64,000 nucleotides of DNA, from contig OY969585.1 of NCBI GenBank assembly GCA_963701295.1, forward strand, positions 1,472,001 through 1,536,000, written 5' to 3'. Of this stretch, positions 47,076 to 58,788 are shown piece after piece. A program made the position numbers and the translations under genes. Position 1 is the stretch's first letter; each line of letters begins with the position of its first letter. This stretch comes from Ignavibacteriota bacterium. GTDB taxonomy: Bacteria; Bacteroidota; Ignavibacteria; UBA10030. The notes below the pieces were generated by a model. It did not search any database and was not told the origin of the DNA. It worked only from the letters and a program-made list of their open reading frames with translations.

Positions 47076-48290
47076 ATGGATATCAGCAAGTTAGCGGCAT
47101 CAATCGCTGAATCGCCAACGGTAAAACTCAACGCCGAAGCTACAAAGTTGCGTGCACAAGGTGAGGCAATTGTGCACTTTGGGATTGGCGAACCCAAAAA
47201 CAAAGCCCCACTGAGTGCAATTTCGAGTGCCATCGAAAAATTGAACTCAGGAGAAGTGAAGTATGCCCCCTCTGACGGCTTACCTTCATTGAAAAAAGCT
47301 ATTGTTCAATACACAGAAAAGAATTACGGGAGAACCATAGATTCGGCAAATGTGATTGTCTCTGATGGTGCTAAGCATTCCATATTCAATGTGCTCTATG
47401 CCCTTATCAATCCGGGAGATCAAGTCATTGTTCTGGCTCCATATTGGGTGAGCTATCCGGAAATGGTTAAGATGGTCAATGGTATCCCAGTGATTATAAC
47501 ACCAGCCGATGGGAGCTTTCATCCAAAACTATCGGAGATTGAAAAAGCAATTACTCCATCGACTCGTGCAATTATCGTCAATAGTCCAAATAATCCTTCG
47601 GGCGCTATTTTCTCGGATGAGTTTGTTAGCCAGATTGTTGAATTCTGTGAACGAAAAAATATTTATCTCTTGATGGACGATATTTACCACAAACTTATCT
47701 TTGATGGCAAAAAAATAACACCCGTGTTCAGCTTTACAAAAAAAGATATCGAATCGACCAATGTTATTGTGATTAATGGTATTTCAAAAACATACGGAAT
47801 GACCGGGTTTCGAGTAGGCTGGGTTGTTGCAAATCGAAAACTTGTGAAGGTTATGACAAATATTCAAGGACAAATTACTACCTGCAATTCACCAATCTGC
47901 CAGGTCGCTGCAGAAGCAGCACTGAATGACGACCAAAGTAGTGTCAGTACTTTATGCACAATCATAGAGAATAATCGCAATACAGTGATGCGGGAATTAC
48001 AATCTATTCCCGGGATGAAAATTGTAAAGCCGCAAGGAACATTTTATTGTTTCCCTGATTTTAGTGCATTTAATAAAGATTCTCTGGCATTGGCGGATTT
48101 TTTATTGAAGAAAGCTCTCGTGGTTACCGTACCAGGCAAAGAATTCGGTATGGAGGGTCACTTGCGACTCAGTTATGCCGGCGCGGCTAGCGAGGTTGCA
48201 GATGGATTAGCACGTATCAAATGGGCTTTGGATCCAAAGGCGCCGCGGGAGATCCAAATTGGTAATCGTAAAGTTGCCCGCGATTGGTAA
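47076..48290 (+). CDS. Class I/II PLP aminotransferase (aspartate aminotransferase-like)
   Basis: GEP, GAKH, PYWVSY, NSPNNPSG, DDIY, SKTYGMTGFRVG. Confidence 0.9.
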   Translation: MDISKLAASIAESPTVKLNAEATKLRAQGEAIVHFGIGEPKNKAPLSAISSAIEKLNSGEVKYAPSDGLPSLKKAIVQYTEKNYGRTIDSANVIVSDGAKHSIFNVLYALINPGDQVIVLAPYWVSYPEMVKMVNGIPVIITPADGSFHPKLSEIEKAITPSTRAIIVNSPNNPSGAIFSDEFVSQIVEFCERKNIYLLMDDIYHKLIFDGKKITPVFSFTKKDIESTNVIVINGISKTYGMTGFRVGWVVANRKLVKVMTNIQGQITTCNSPICQVAAEAALNDDQSSVSTLCTIIENNRNTVMRELQSIPGMKIVKPQGTFYCFPDFSAFNKDSLALADFLLKKALVVTVPGKEFGMEGHLRLSYAGAASEVADGLARIKWALDPKAPREIQIGNRKVARDW

Positions 48291-48330
48291 GAAACCTTTC
48301 GAGAATAACCTTTGTTCTTTTTATTAACTA

Positions 48331-50145
48331 ATGAATGGATTAATTATGAATGTCCCGCCATACATCAAAAATGAAAAAGCAATTACCTGGATAAAAGAAA
48401 TTGCTGCATTAACGAAGCCAGACAATGTGTGCTGGTGCGACGGTTCGCAATCCGAATATGACGAGATGTGTCAGCGGCTTGTGAAGTCGGGAACGTTCTT
48501 AAAGTTGAATGAACAGAAAAGGCCTAATAGTTTTTTGGCACTATCGGATGCGAGTGATGTTGCACGCGTGGAAGATCGTACATTTATTTGCAGTGTAAAG
48601 AAGAGCGATGCGGGCCCGACAAATAATTGGGCTGATCCACGAGAGATGAAAGCAATCCTGAATAAGTTATTCGACGGCTGCATGCGAGGACGCACCTTGT
48701 ATGTCATCCCATTTAGTATGGGTCCTCTCGGGTCGCATATCGCACACATTGGTATTGAACTAACTGATTCGCCGTATGTTGTCGCCAATATGCGCATTAT
48801 GACCCGTATGGGCAAGGTAGTATGGGATGTATTGGGCAATGGAGAGTTTGTTCCGTGCGTTCATTCGGTTGGAATGCCTTTGGCGCCGGGTCAGAAAGAT
48901 GTGTTATGGCCTTGTAACAAAGAAAAATATATTGTCCATTATCCAGAAGAACATGCAATCTGGTCGTTTGGAAGCGGGTACGGCGGAAATGCATTGCTCG
49001 GGAAAAAATGTCTTGCACTTCGCATCGCTTCTACTATGGCGCGTGACCAAGGATGGATGGCTGAACATATGCTCATTGTCGGGCTTGAATCTCCACAAGG
49101 TCAAAAAACTTATGTGGCAGCTGCATTTCCAAGCGCCTGTGGCAAAACCAACCTTGCCATGCTTATTCCGCCGGATGCTTTGAAAGCATGGAAAGTTACA
49201 ACAGTAGGCGATGACATTGCCTGGATTAAACCGGGCAAAGATGGTCAACTCTATGCTATTAATCCAGAAAATGGATATTTTGGAGTTGCCCCCGGCACTT
49301 CAGAAAAATCGAATCCGAATGCCATGGCAACTATTAAGAAGAATTCTATCTTCACCAACGTTGCGCTCACACCGGATGGTGATGTATGGTGGGAAGGTAT
49401 GACGAAAACACCACCCCCTGAACTGGTCGATTGGACAGGGCAGCCGTGGACTCCCGATTGCGGACGCAAAGCTGCGCATCCCAATGCACGCTTTACAACT
49501 CCGGCAAATCAATGTCCTTCTATCGATCCAGAGTGGGAAAATCCAAACGGTGTCCCGATTAAGGCGTTTATCTTTGGCGGCCGCAGGAGCAACACAACGC
49601 CATTAGTCTGTCAAGCGGTGAATTGGGCACATGGTGTTTATCTTGCTGCAACCATGGGCTCAGAGACAACAGCGGCTGCAGCGGGTAAGGTTGGACAAGT
49701 GCGCCGAGATCCGTTTGCAATGCTTCCATTCTGCGGCTACCATATGGCTGAGTACTTCGATCACTGGCTGACCATGGGACGCCGTGTTTCTCATCCTCCG
49801 CGAATCTTTGGAGTGAACTGGTTCCGGGTCGATGAGAACGGCAATTTTATTTGGCCGGGTTATGGTGAGAATATGCGCGTGCTGAAATGGATTGTGGAAC
49901 GCGTGAATGGATCTGCAAGGGGTTTTGAAAGTCCGCTTGGCTGGATGCCCCGGTATGAAGACCTTGACTGGAATGGATTGGAATTTTCCCAGAAGCAATT
50001 TGACGATTTAATGAAAGTGGATACGGAGTTATGGAAAAAAGAAATCCAGCTCCATGAAGAGTTGTTCATTAGTCTTTACGATAAACTGCCGAGAGAACTG
50101 AGCTCTGTTCGTGAGCTGCTTCTCTCCAGTCTTTTACGCGGATAA
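48331..50145 (+). CDS. pckG: Phosphoenolpyruvate carboxykinase (GTP)
   Basis: [42 protein letters not shown]. Confidence 0.97.
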   Translation: MNGLIMNVPPYIKNEKAITWIKEIAALTKPDNVCWCDGSQSEYDEMCQRLVKSGTFLKLNEQKRPNSFLALSDASDVARVEDRTFICSVKKSDAGPTNNWADPREMKAILNKLFDGCMRGRTLYVIPFSMGPLGSHIAHIGIELTDSPYVVANMRIMTRMGKVVWDVLGNGEFVPCVHSVGMPLAPGQKDVLWPCNKEKYIVHYPEEHAIWSFGSGYGGNALLGKKCLALRIASTMARDQGWMAEHMLIVGLESPQGQKTYVAAAFPSACGKTNLAMLIPPDALKAWKVTTVGDDIAWIKPGKDGQLYAINPENGYFGVAPGTSEKSNPNAMATIKKNSIFTNVALTPDGDVWWEGMTKTPPPELVDWTGQPWTPDCGRKAAHPNARFTTPANQCPSIDPEWENPNGVPIKAFIFGGRRSNTTPLVCQAVNWAHGVYLAATMGSETTAAAAGKVGQVRRDPFAMLPFCGYHMAEYFDHWLTMGRRVSHPPRIFGVNWFRVDENGNFIWPGYGENMRVLKWIVERVNGSARGFESPLGWMPRYEDLDWNGLEFSQKQFDDLMKVDTELWKKEIQLHEELFISLYDKLPRELSSVRELLLSSLLRG

Positions 50146-50197
50146 AGAATTATGTGAAAGAGTTAAAAACATCTTTTGCTTGCGTTTTAAAATAATG

Positions 50198-50230
50198 AAG
50201 CCGCTCAGTCAAGTTGATGAAGCGGCTTTT
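50198..50230. terminator. Terminator between convergent pckG and ferritin
   Basis: aagccgct...agcggctttt. Confidence 0.65.
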
Positions 50231-50268
50231 GTATTTATCAGAAAAAAAAATAGAATGGTTACAATTTA

Positions 50269-50763
50269 TTATCCTGCCTTGCGTGCGCCGAGCTGGCGAT
50301 CAGCCATCATCAAACTGATGGGAGTGTTTCCAATCATTTTCAGCATGTTGATGATGTCTGTAGCGTTCTTCTCTTCTTCTACCTGTTCATTGATGAACCA
50401 CTGCAAAAAGGACTGTGATGCATAATCTTTTTCTTTCACAGCAAGCTCATAGAGCTTGTTAATAGATGCGGTGACTTTTTGCTCGTGTTCCAAAACCAGA
50501 TTGAATACATCTAAAGGTGCCTTGAATTTTGCGGCTGGCTGCGAAATAGTTTTCAAGAGTACCTTGCCGCCGCGATCGTACACATATTTGAAAAACTTCA
50601 TTGCGTGCCCGGTTTCTTCATGATATTGTACACGCATCCAATTCGCGAATCCGCTGAGATTTTCACCTTCGAAATGTGCCGACATCGAAAGATAGATATA
50701 TGCAGAAGAGAGTTCAAGATTGATTTGTTCGTTGATAGCATCCTGTAAAGATTTACTTAACAT
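50269..50763 (-). CDS. ftnA: Non-heme ferritin
   Basis: NEQINLE, YLSMS, EETGHA, LEHE, FLQWFINEQVEEE ferroxidase residues. Confidence 0.93.
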   Translation of the reverse strand: MLSKSLQDAINEQINLELSSAYIYLSMSAHFEGENLSGFANWMRVQYHEETGHAMKFFKYVYDRGGKVLLKTISQPAAKFKAPLDVFNLVLEHEQKVTASINKLYELAVKEKDYASQSFLQWFINEQVEEEKNATDIINMLKMIGNTPISLMMADRQLGARKAG

Positions 50764-50932
50764 GAGTTGTCTCCTTTGAGTGATTATTGTTTTATTCTCA
50801 ACAAATTTCTAAACCTCAGAGTTCCCAAATGTTTCATAGAATCTAATTGAAATCTTGGTAAATCGAAAGTATATTAATTATAGTTTTAAGCATAAAGTAT
50901 AAAGCAATAAAGCAGGAAGCAGTAAAGGAAAA

Positions 50933-51313
50933 ATGCCGACATACGATTATCGATGTAAATCGTGCGGATTTGAGTTTGAAGAATTTCAATCAATGTCTTC
51001 AGAAAAGCTGGTAATCTGCCCAAAATGTGCCGAACCGTCGCTGAAACGACTAATGTCAAGCGGGGCAGGATTGGTGTTTAAAGGAAGCGGATTTTACTTA
51101 ACTGATTATAAAAAGTCAAATTCCTCTCCGTCTTCATTAAGCGCGAAATCAGAATCGAAAACTGAATCGAAGCCTGAAACCAAACCCGAGTCCAAATCCA
51201 AATCAGAATCAGAATCAAAACCCGAATCAAAATCAGAATCAAAATCTAAATCTGAATCAAAACCTGATTTAAACCCTTCGACAGATTCATCTTCGGGGTT
51301 GGACAAAGAATAA
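50933..51313 (+). CDS. FmdB family zinc-ribbon protein with low-complexity tail
   Basis: MPTYDYRCKSCG, CPKC, FKGSGFYLTDY, then (S/P)ESK repeats. Confidence 0.88.
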   Translation: MPTYDYRCKSCGFEFEEFQSMSSEKLVICPKCAEPSLKRLMSSGAGLVFKGSGFYLTDYKKSNSSPSSLSAKSESKTESKPETKPESKSKSESESKPESKSESKSKSESKPDLNPSTDSSSGLDKE

Positions 51314-51363
51314 CAAAACCTTTGAATAAGAGCCTGAATATTCTAAGGGATATTCTATTTTAT

Positions 51364-52476
51364 TTACCACTTCCCCCCAACATCAAAACCTGCATCTTGA
51401 AGTATGTGCGCAGCTTCAGTAGCTACAATTCTATTTTCAAAAGACAGTCTGAATGTCCCGCCGCGTCCTTCACGAACTTTCAGTAACTCCATATCCTTAA
51501 TGTTAACGCCGTGACTTGCCAATGATGTTGTAAGGCGGGCTAACTCGCCGGGTTTATCTTCGACGAAGACTGCGAGTTCGACCAGCGGTGTAAGATATCC
51601 TTTCATTGAACGTGGGATACGAGATCGCAACGCGCGGGATGTTTTGAATTCTGCCGACAGGCGAGCGGGAGACGAATCCACAATGCATGCGATTTTATTC
51701 AATTGCTTGATGTAGAGGCGAAGCACTTTACTAATTTCCTTTTGATTAGCTGAGAGAATGTCTTTCCACATTTTAAATGGACTTGATGCGATGCGCGTCA
51801 TATCGCGAAATCCGCCGGCAGCAAACGCCAGATGGTTTGGAGCATCGGGATGATGTTTGCCTACAGAGTTCATCAGCGCCACGGCTGCAAGCTGTGGAAG
51901 ATGACTGAGAGCTGCTACAACACTATCATGTGTTGCCGGGTCGATTATAAAAATGCGCGCATCGAGCGTAGTAAAAAATTTTGCCAATAAACGTAGCGAT
52001 TGTTTCTTCGTCGTGTGTGTTGGAGTGAGAATGTACAGAGCGTTTTGGAAAAGTAAGGGATGTGCCGCGTTGATACCGGAAAACTCTGAACCGGTCATGG
52101 GATGCCCGCCAATAAAGTTCCCGTTCGGAAAGAGCTTCTGTGCTTGTTCGACCAGCATTCGTTTCACACTTCCAGTATCGGTAACGATGGTGTTCGGAGA
52201 ACAATTTTTTGCAACAAGAGGCAGCATCTTTGAAATACTCGAAACGGGTGCCGCAAGAATAACAAGGTCTGCCGAACGAACAGCTCCTTCCATCGATTTG
52301 TAGGTGAGATCGATTGCGTGACGGTCCAATGCTCGCTTGAGCACTTGCGGTGTATCCACGCCGGTAATATGAATTGCAGGAAATCGCTGCTTGATCGCAA
52401 GCGCCAGAGATCCGCCAATGAGTCCGACGCCAATAATGGTGATGTGCTGAAAAGGAAGCGGCTTCTGTGGTTTCAT
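51364..52476 (-). CDS. tyrA: Prephenate/arogenate dehydrogenase with ACT domain
   Basis: GVGLIGGS, DTGSVK, GGHPM, SHLPQ, FRDMTRIA, DKPGEL. Confidence 0.93.
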   Translation of the reverse strand: MKPQKPLPFQHITIIGVGLIGGSLALAIKQRFPAIHITGVDTPQVLKRALDRHAIDLTYKSMEGAVRSADLVILAAPVSSISKMLPLVAKNCSPNTIVTDTGSVKRMLVEQAQKLFPNGNFIGGHPMTGSEFSGINAAHPLLFQNALYILTPTHTTKKQSLRLLAKFFTTLDARIFIIDPATHDSVVAALSHLPQLAAVALMNSVGKHHPDAPNHLAFAAGGFRDMTRIASSPFKMWKDILSANQKEISKVLRLYIKQLNKIACIVDSSPARLSAEFKTSRALRSRIPRSMKGYLTPLVELAVFVEDKPGELARLTTSLASHGVNIKDMELLKVREGRGGTFRLSFENRIVATEAAHILQDAGFDVGGKW

Positions 52477-52485
52477 CTTAGGTAC

Positions 52486-53502
52486 TCATGCGATGGAGCG
52501 CTCGATGGCTTGAGCGATCATGCGAACTTCTTTCATCATCTGTGAAAATTGATTTGGATAGAGTGATTGCGCACCATCAGATAAAGCATTGTTGGGATCA
52601 TGATGAACTTCAACGATAATACCATCCGCGCCGGCGGCGACGGCTGCACGTGCCATTGGGATGACCTTATCCCGAATTCCGATACCATGTGATGGATCGG
52701 CAACAATGGGCAGATGGCTCTTCTTCTTAATGACTGGAATGGCACCGATATCCATTGTGTTGCGTGTGGCAGTTTCAAATGTCCGGATGCCGCGTTCGCA
52801 AAGAATGACTTGTTGATTGCCGCCGGAAAGAATATATTCTGCCGACATAAGCCATTCTTCGATCGTAGCGGCAAGACCACGCTTGAGCATCACTGGTTTC
52901 GATGCTTTGCCGAGGTCTTTCAGGAATGTATAGTTCTGCATGTTCCGTGCGCCAATCTGCAAAATGTCTGCGTACTTTTCGACCAGATCAATCTGGCTCT
53001 TGTCCATCACTTCGGTAACAACTTTCAGTTGAAACTCATTCGCTGCAGCGCGCAGGAATTTTAATCCATCTTCGCCAAGTCCTTGGAAGGAATACGGTGA
53101 AGAACGCGGTTTGAATGCCCCGCCGCGCAAAATCTTGGCACCGGCATCTTTAACAAGTTTTGCAATTTCAAAGATTTGTTTTTCGCTCTCTACCGCGCAT
53201 GGTCCTGCCATAACAACAACTTCAGGCCCGCCGATCTTCACGCCGCCGATATCAAAGATCGATCCTTCGCGTTTAAAGGCATGGCTGGTGAGTTTGAACG
53301 GTTCAGTGACGCGTAGAACCTCCGCGACGCCCGGCAGCAACTCGATTTGACGATGGTCAAATTCAGGATGAACGCCGATGGCACCTAAGACTATATGCTG
53401 CACACCCGTGGAGCGATGCACATCAAATCCATGATCGTGCAAAACGCGAACGATTTCTTCAATTTGTTTTTCAGCTGCGCCGGATTCTAAGACGACTATC
53501 AT
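52486..53502 (-). CDS. aroF: DAHP synthase, class I-beta with N-terminal regulatory domain
   Basis: [41 protein letters not shown]. Confidence 0.93.
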   Translation of the reverse strand: MIVVLESGAAEKQIEEIVRVLHDHGFDVHRSTGVQHIVLGAIGVHPEFDHRQIELLPGVAEVLRVTEPFKLTSHAFKREGSIFDIGGVKIGGPEVVVMAGPCAVESEKQIFEIAKLVKDAGAKILRGGAFKPRSSPYSFQGLGEDGLKFLRAAANEFQLKVVTEVMDKSQIDLVEKYADILQIGARNMQNYTFLKDLGKASKPVMLKRGLAATIEEWLMSAEYILSGGNQQVILCERGIRTFETATRNTMDIGAIPVIKKKSHLPIVADPSHGIGIRDKVIPMARAAVAAGADGIIVEVHHDPNNALSDGAQSLYPNQFSQMMKEVRMIAQAIERSIA

Positions 53503-53587
53503 AATATTTAGTGAAATGTGATTTTGTGATTGTCAGTTGTTCGTCGTAAACAATTACTTCTGACTCCTATATTCTGTATTCTATCTT

Positions 53588-54493
53588 CTACTCGTATCTA
53601 TCCAGCTTAAAATTCTCACCAAGATAAAGTTTCTTCGCTTCAGGATCATTGGCGAGATATTCTGCCGTGCCGGATTTCAGAATTTTTCCCTCGAAGAGTA
53701 AATACGAACGATCTGTAATAGAGAGTGTTTCGTGCACATTATGATCGGTGATCAGCACGCCGATGTTCTTCTCCTTCAGCTTGATAACGATCTGCATAAT
53801 ATCTTCGACGGCAATGGGGTCGATACCAGCAAACGGTTCATCCAAGAGAAAGAATTTAGGATCTAGTGCTAAAGCACGCGCAATTTCTGTCCGCCGCCGC
53901 TCACCACCGGAAAGGACGTACCCCATGTTTTTGGCAAGATGCGTTAACCCAAATTCCTCCATCAAACGTTCGCACTTCTCTTCCTGCTCTTTTCGCAAAA
54001 GCGATGTTGTTTGCAAGACTGCAAGTATGTTATCACGTACTGACAACCGCCGAAATACTGAGGCTTCTTGCGGCAAGTATCCTATACCCATCTGTGCTCG
54101 TCGGTACATCGGTATCTTTGTGATTTCTGCATCATCCAAAAAAACTTTCCCGCCGTTCGGGCGTATCATCCCAACTATCATATAGAACGTTGTCGTTTTG
54201 CCGGCACCGTTCGGGCCGAGTAATCCGACAATTTCTCCTCGCTGCACCTGCACACTGACATTATTGACGACCGTGCGTTTCTTGTAGCGTTTCACCAGAC
54301 CGTCAGACCGGAGCGCCATCTGTGTGCCGGTTGATACTTCCGCAATTGAAGATGTGTGCTGTGCGACTGAAATGTTCAGCAGTGTTTCGACTTTTCGTGC
54401 TCGCCGTGTTGTCCGGTGCACGTTCGCTTTCGATTTTGCCGATGAAACAATCCGCGTTGTCCGTGTAACAGATTTGTTGATTCGTTTTGCCAT
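53588..54493 (-). CDS. lptB: LPS export ABC transporter ATPase with N-terminal extension
   Basis: [41 protein letters not shown]. Confidence 0.95.
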   Translation of the reverse strand: MAKRINKSVTRTTRIVSSAKSKANVHRTTRRARKVETLLNISVAQHTSSIAEVSTGTQMALRSDGLVKRYKKRTVVNNVSVQVQRGEIVGLLGPNGAGKTTTFYMIVGMIRPNGGKVFLDDAEITKIPMYRRAQMGIGYLPQEASVFRRLSVRDNILAVLQTTSLLRKEQEEKCERLMEEFGLTHLAKNMGYVLSGGERRRTEIARALALDPKFFLLDEPFAGIDPIAVEDIMQIVIKLKEKNIGVLITDHNVHETLSITDRSYLLFEGKILKSGTAEYLANDPEAKKLYLGENFKLDRYE

Positions 54494-54494
54494 T

Positions 54495-55772
54495 CTACTC
54501 GCTGACTATTTTTATGCCTTGACGTTTCGGACGATTTTCATACAAACGAAACCCGACAAGATTATAATCCGGCTCATGATTAAGTATCATTTTTTCCGGA
54601 AAATATTGTCCTTGTACACCTCCGATGACTTTTATGCGATCCACTTCGCCGCCGATGAAATCGATTAAGATATGGTCGCCGCTTGATTTATTCACGCCGT
54701 TCGGCTCCTTGTTGTCGAACAAATAATAGAGACTTGTTGCGTTTTTCTGAACATCCACTTGTTCCAATTTATCAGCACGAAAGTACATTGTCAACTCCCG
54801 GCCCGTCAATTGGTTGAATCGATTGGGAAGTGCTGTGTCGACACGAGAAACTGCCATCGCCCGGTTTTTGACCCAAAGACTTCTCAGTTTTTTATCTTCC
54901 ATAAGGGCGCGAATGGAATCGCCGGTGATTTGATTTTCTCCACTCCAGATTATAGGATGGGTTTGGAGTGCAATAATGTCTTTATGAACAAAGTATGTCG
55001 ATATACCGCACCGCGAGGACATATCACTTTTCACCATACGAACGCTGTCGATAGCAACGAAGCGATCCGTTGTGTCTTGAAACGATTGCATGATCCTGCT
55101 TTCCACCACCATTGTGTCGATAATCTTGCTGGCAGATGTATCAATTTTGACTAAACGCGGTTGTTTCATCACAAGCGTAAATTTTTGCTGCTCGAGATGA
55201 ATGAGCGAATCACCGTAGATATTGACAGCGTTGTCTTTTTCAAACATATGTACGCTGCCGGTCGCGACCGAACGAGCTTCTGTTTCATAGTAATTCAAAA
55301 CATCGCAAGTAACAATGGAAGATGTATCCACAAGAACTACATTATCCCAGAAGAGCGAGCGTTTTTCATCCACAAAATATTTTGCATTCGCTGCTGTGAG
55401 AAGTGTTTTCCCGCGTTCTAATTCCACGCCATTCCGGCCTTCCATCATTCGTTGGTCGCCGTAATAGATGCCTTCTTTCGATCGGATTGTGACGCTGTCC
55501 CGAACAACTTTCACGTTTCCAAATAATTCAATTTTATTCTGTACCATAAACCGAAGCCCACGATCACACCAGATTTTCACCAATCCGCCGGAAGTGGGAA
55601 TTTGATCGAAATGAACATTGCCTATGAGTTCGCGGACTTCTTCACCGTTCAGAGGCTTTACTTTCAGCGTGTCCGCATGTCGCAGATCAATGATGCTGCT
55701 CTGTTGAGCGGATAAGCGGCAAACAAATACAAGAAGTGTGTTCAGAAAAAGATATGTCAGGCGGCGCCGCAT
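54495..55772 (-). CDS. OstA/LptA-like LPS transport protein (multi-domain)
   Basis: Signal peptide, repeated GNV beta-jellyroll motifs, located between lptC and lptB. Confidence 0.85.
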   Translation of the reverse strand: MRRRLTYLFLNTLLVFVCRLSAQQSSIIDLRHADTLKVKPLNGEEVRELIGNVHFDQIPTSGGLVKIWCDRGLRFMVQNKIELFGNVKVVRDSVTIRSKEGIYYGDQRMMEGRNGVELERGKTLLTAANAKYFVDEKRSLFWDNVVLVDTSSIVTCDVLNYYETEARSVATGSVHMFEKDNAVNIYGDSLIHLEQQKFTLVMKQPRLVKIDTSASKIIDTMVVESRIMQSFQDTTDRFVAIDSVRMVKSDMSSRCGISTYFVHKDIIALQTHPIIWSGENQITGDSIRALMEDKKLRSLWVKNRAMAVSRVDTALPNRFNQLTGRELTMYFRADKLEQVDVQKNATSLYYLFDNKEPNGVNKSSGDHILIDFIGGEVDRIKVIGGVQGQYFPEKMILNHEPDYNLVGFRLYENRPKRQGIKIVSE

Positions 55773-55777
55773 AGCTC

Positions 55778-56320
55778 TTATTCGTTTTGTGATTGACCTG
55801 TAACGCGGAAGATGCGGTAATTTTTTAAACTTTGATCCGATTCAAATCCATGTCCCTGCAGTTTATCCTTCTCTGTAGTAATTTGTACATATGCCGGAGT
55901 GTAAATGAGCTGGCGCTGGTTGTCCCAAAATAATTGTTCGGTAGTCATATGGGATGAATCGCTGGAAACGACAATTACATTCTTGCGCGCTTCCAGATTA
56001 TTGGTCGCTTCATCAACGCTTCCTTCTTCACTTGTCAGCACGGAGGTTTGAATGCCTTGCGGATTGAAGAAGCGTACCCTGACCCCCTGGCTCATTTGCG
56101 TTTTCTGGTCGGACTCGAATACACGAATATATCCAGCAAGAATAATAGCGGTAATATGTCCGGAGTCCGATACGACGATCGTGCTGTTCCAACTTTCTTG
56201 CTGCGGGAGTGTCTGGCTATCAACGGTAGAGAGTACGGATGGTTTTATTTTTTCTTCGCAACCAGAAAACATAAGCATGGCAGTACTGAGCAATGAAAAC
56301 CAGATGCAAAACGATTTCAT
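55778..56320 (-). CDS. lptC: LPS export periplasmic protein LptC (lipoprotein-type)
   Basis: Lipobox FSGC, TEQLFWD, GFESDQ; operon position. Confidence 0.85.
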   Translation of the reverse strand: MKSFCIWFSLLSTAMLMFSGCEEKIKPSVLSTVDSQTLPQQESWNSTIVVSDSGHITAIILAGYIRVFESDQKTQMSQGVRVRFFNPQGIQTSVLTSEEGSVDEATNNLEARKNVIVVSSDSSHMTTEQLFWDNQRQLIYTPAYVQITTEKDKLQGHGFESDQSLKNYRIFRVTGQSQNE

Positions 56321-57303
56321 GCGGAGGAATCTCCGCGCAGTCCCGCTTCAACCAGACTATGGAGGTGGAGAATTCCAACCGGGCGATGATCAGTATCCAC
56401 GACAATAAGCTGAGTAATTTTATAGGATTCCATAACCTCCAATGCCTGAGCAGCAAGCATGTTTTGGCTGATGGTTTTTGGATTTTGCGTCATCACTCGG
56501 CTAACCGTAAGGTTTGAAATATCAATTCTTCGCTGAAGGAGACGGCGAAGATCGCCATCGGTGAGCATGCCGCAAAGAATGCCGGCATCGTTCACGACGC
56601 ACGTAGCGCCCAATCGCTTTGAGCTGATTTCCGCGATGGCATCAGACACAGAAACATTTTCATTCACAAGCGGGATATCGCTGCCTGTAATCATCATTGC
56701 ATCGACTTTCAAGAGCAATTGTTTGCCAAGATTGCCGCCTGGATGGAACAATGCAAAATCTTCTTTGGTGAAGTTGCGCTTTTGCAGAAGCGTGATGGCA
56801 AGCGCATCACCCATTGCCAGTGCGGCTGTCGTCGAGGAAGTTGGGGCGAGATCGTACGGGCACGCTTCTTCTTTCACACTGGTGTCAAGGACGAAATCGC
56901 TCTGCTTGCTCAACGGCGAATTCAAATTGCCTACCATGGCGATCACCTTCACACCAAGTTGTTGAAATCGAGGCAGAAGCTGGCGCAATTCAGCTGTATC
57001 ACCGCTCTTTGATATGCATATCACAACATCATCGGGTGTCACCATTCCTAAATCACCATGCACCGCATCGGAAGGATGCATAAATGCAGAAGGAGTACCG
57101 GTGGAGTTCATGGTTGCGGCAATCTTGCGTGCGATAATGCCTGACTTTCCCATGCCGGTAAGAACGACACGGCCCTTTGCATTGAAGATGAGATCGACCG
57201 ATGCAGCAAAATTTCCATTGATATGCGATTCAAGAGCTGCAATAGCTTCCGCTTCGATGCGGATAATCTCTTTTCCTTTTTGGATTGTAGCATCAGCGTT
57301 CAT
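56317..57303 (-). CDS. kdsD: Arabinose-5-phosphate isomerase (SIS + CBS)
   Basis: TGMGKSG, HGDLG, APTSST, FHPGG, TDGDLRR. Confidence 0.95.
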   Translation of the reverse strand: MNADATIQKGKEIIRIEAEAIAALESHINGNFAASVDLIFNAKGRVVLTGMGKSGIIARKIAATMNSTGTPSAFMHPSDAVHGDLGMVTPDDVVICISKSGDTAELRQLLPRFQQLGVKVIAMVGNLNSPLSKQSDFVLDTSVKEEACPYDLAPTSSTTAALAMGDALAITLLQKRNFTKEDFALFHPGGNLGKQLLLKVDAMMITGSDIPLVNENVSVSDAIAEISSKRLGATCVVNDAGILCGMLTDGDLRRLLQRRIDISNLTVSRVMTQNPKTISQNMLAAQALEVMESYKITQLIVVDTDHRPVGILHLHSLVEAGLRGDSSA

Positions 57304-57321
57304 AGTGTTCTCAGGTAACTT

Positions 57322-57816
57322 CTAATGTTGTAGAATTAAATCGATCACTTCCCTCACAGCACCGTTTCCGCCACTGCAAGTACAAACAAAATGAACCCGC
57401 TTCTTTACAGCGGGGACGGCATCTGATGGGGCAGCTGAAAAACCAACGCATTCCAGCACCGGCAGATCAAATTCATCATCGCCGATGTAAGCAATCTCTG
57501 TATCGGCTAAATTCCATTTTGCTTTTATATGTTCGTAAACTTCCAATTTGTTTTCAGGGTTCTGATGAATCTCTGTAATGCCCAATTCTTCTGCACGCCT
57601 CGTAACAATATTTGATACGCGTCCGGTGATAATTCCAACTTTGATACCGGTGCGCTGGAGTTTTACGATACCATATCCATCTTGGATATTGAATTTTTTA
57701 AACTCATCTCCGGAGTTGGATAAATAGATTCCGCCGTCGGTCATTACACCATCCACATCAAGGAGGAGGAGCTTGATCTTGTGAAGTCTGGAGTTGATCG
57801 ATTGTTTGTGTGGCAT
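57322..57816 (-). CDS. kdsC: KDO 8-phosphate phosphatase
   Basis: DVDGVMTDG, GDDEFD, GGNGAVRE. Confidence 0.93.
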   Translation of the reverse strand: MPHKQSINSRLHKIKLLLLDVDGVMTDGGIYLSNSGDEFKKFNIQDGYGIVKLQRTGIKVGIITGRVSNIVTRRAEELGITEIHQNPENKLEVYEHIKAKWNLADTEIAYIGDDEFDLPVLECVGFSAAPSDAVPAVKKRVHFVCTCSGGNGAVREVIDLILQH

Positions 57817-57827
57817 AAGATTTGACC

Positions 57828-58661
57828 TTACAACTTCTTGACAAGATCGTCAATTGCTTTTACTTGCTTTACCAATTCTTCAAGCAAATCCAATTTCAAT
57901 TGACTTGCAGAATCACTGAGCGCTTGAGCAGGATTCGGATGTGTTTCGATGAAGAGCGCATCGCATCCTGCGGCAACTCCAGCGCGGGCGATGGGGAAAA
58001 TAAATTCCGGTTGACCGCCGCTCTGATTCTTCTCGCCTCCGGGAAGCTGCACCGAATGCGTCGCATCCAACACAACGGGATAACCAGATTTCCGCATAAT
58101 CGGCAGTGAACGCATATCCACTACAAGATTGTGATAACCGAACATTGTTCCGCGTTCGGTGAGAAGAATCTTATCGTTGCCCGTTGCAGCAATCTTCGCG
58201 GCAGCAAGATGCATATCATCCGGGGCAACAAATTGTCCCTTCTTAATATTCACAACCTTACCAGTTTTCCCAGCTGCTTCGAGCAACTCGGTTTGCCGGC
58301 AAAGAAACGCAGGAATCTGCAGCACATCGACAACCTCGGCGGCAATCGGTGCTTCGGCAGGACAATGGATATCGGTAAGAACCGGCACATGGAATTCACG
58401 CTTCACTTCTGCAAGAATCTGCAATGCTTTTTCATCGCCTATCGTTGTAAAGGAATTGCGGCTTGTGCGGTTCGCTTTTTTGTAGGAAGACTTGAAGATG
58501 AAAGGTATCCGGTGCCGTTCTGTAATAGAATAGATAGTCTTCGCAGTCTGGAGAATCATTTCGCGATTCTCAATGACACAAGGTCCGGCAATGAGCACCA
58601 ATGGATGGTTACCGCCGATGTGAATTGTGCTGACCGATATGGTTTTCGTAGGGGTATTCAT
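57828..58661 (-). CDS. kdsA: KDO 8-phosphate synthase
   Basis: AGPCVIE, KANRTS, QIPAFLCRQT, DATHSVQ; start at MNTPTK. Confidence 0.95.
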   Translation of the reverse strand: MNTPTKTISVSTIHIGGNHPLVLIAGPCVIENREMILQTAKTIYSITERHRIPFIFKSSYKKANRTSRNSFTTIGDEKALQILAEVKREFHVPVLTDIHCPAEAPIAAEVVDVLQIPAFLCRQTELLEAAGKTGKVVNIKKGQFVAPDDMHLAAAKIAATGNDKILLTERGTMFGYHNLVVDMRSLPIMRKSGYPVVLDATHSVQLPGGEKNQSGGQPEFIFPIARAGVAAGCDALFIETHPNPAQALSDSASQLKLDLLEELVKQVKAIDDLVKKL

Positions 58662-58788
58662 CGTGCCGCTGATGTGTTTATGTTGGAAAACATACGAAAA
58701 AAAGGCGGAACAATCAAAGAAACCCATTTCATTCAAATCCTTGCATCTACCACCTTATTGCATTATTTTAAGATCGGTTAAGTATATT

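Noticed and set aside
50780-50802. Fur-like box upstream of ferritin
   Set aside because: Only a half-site resemblance in AT-rich sequence.
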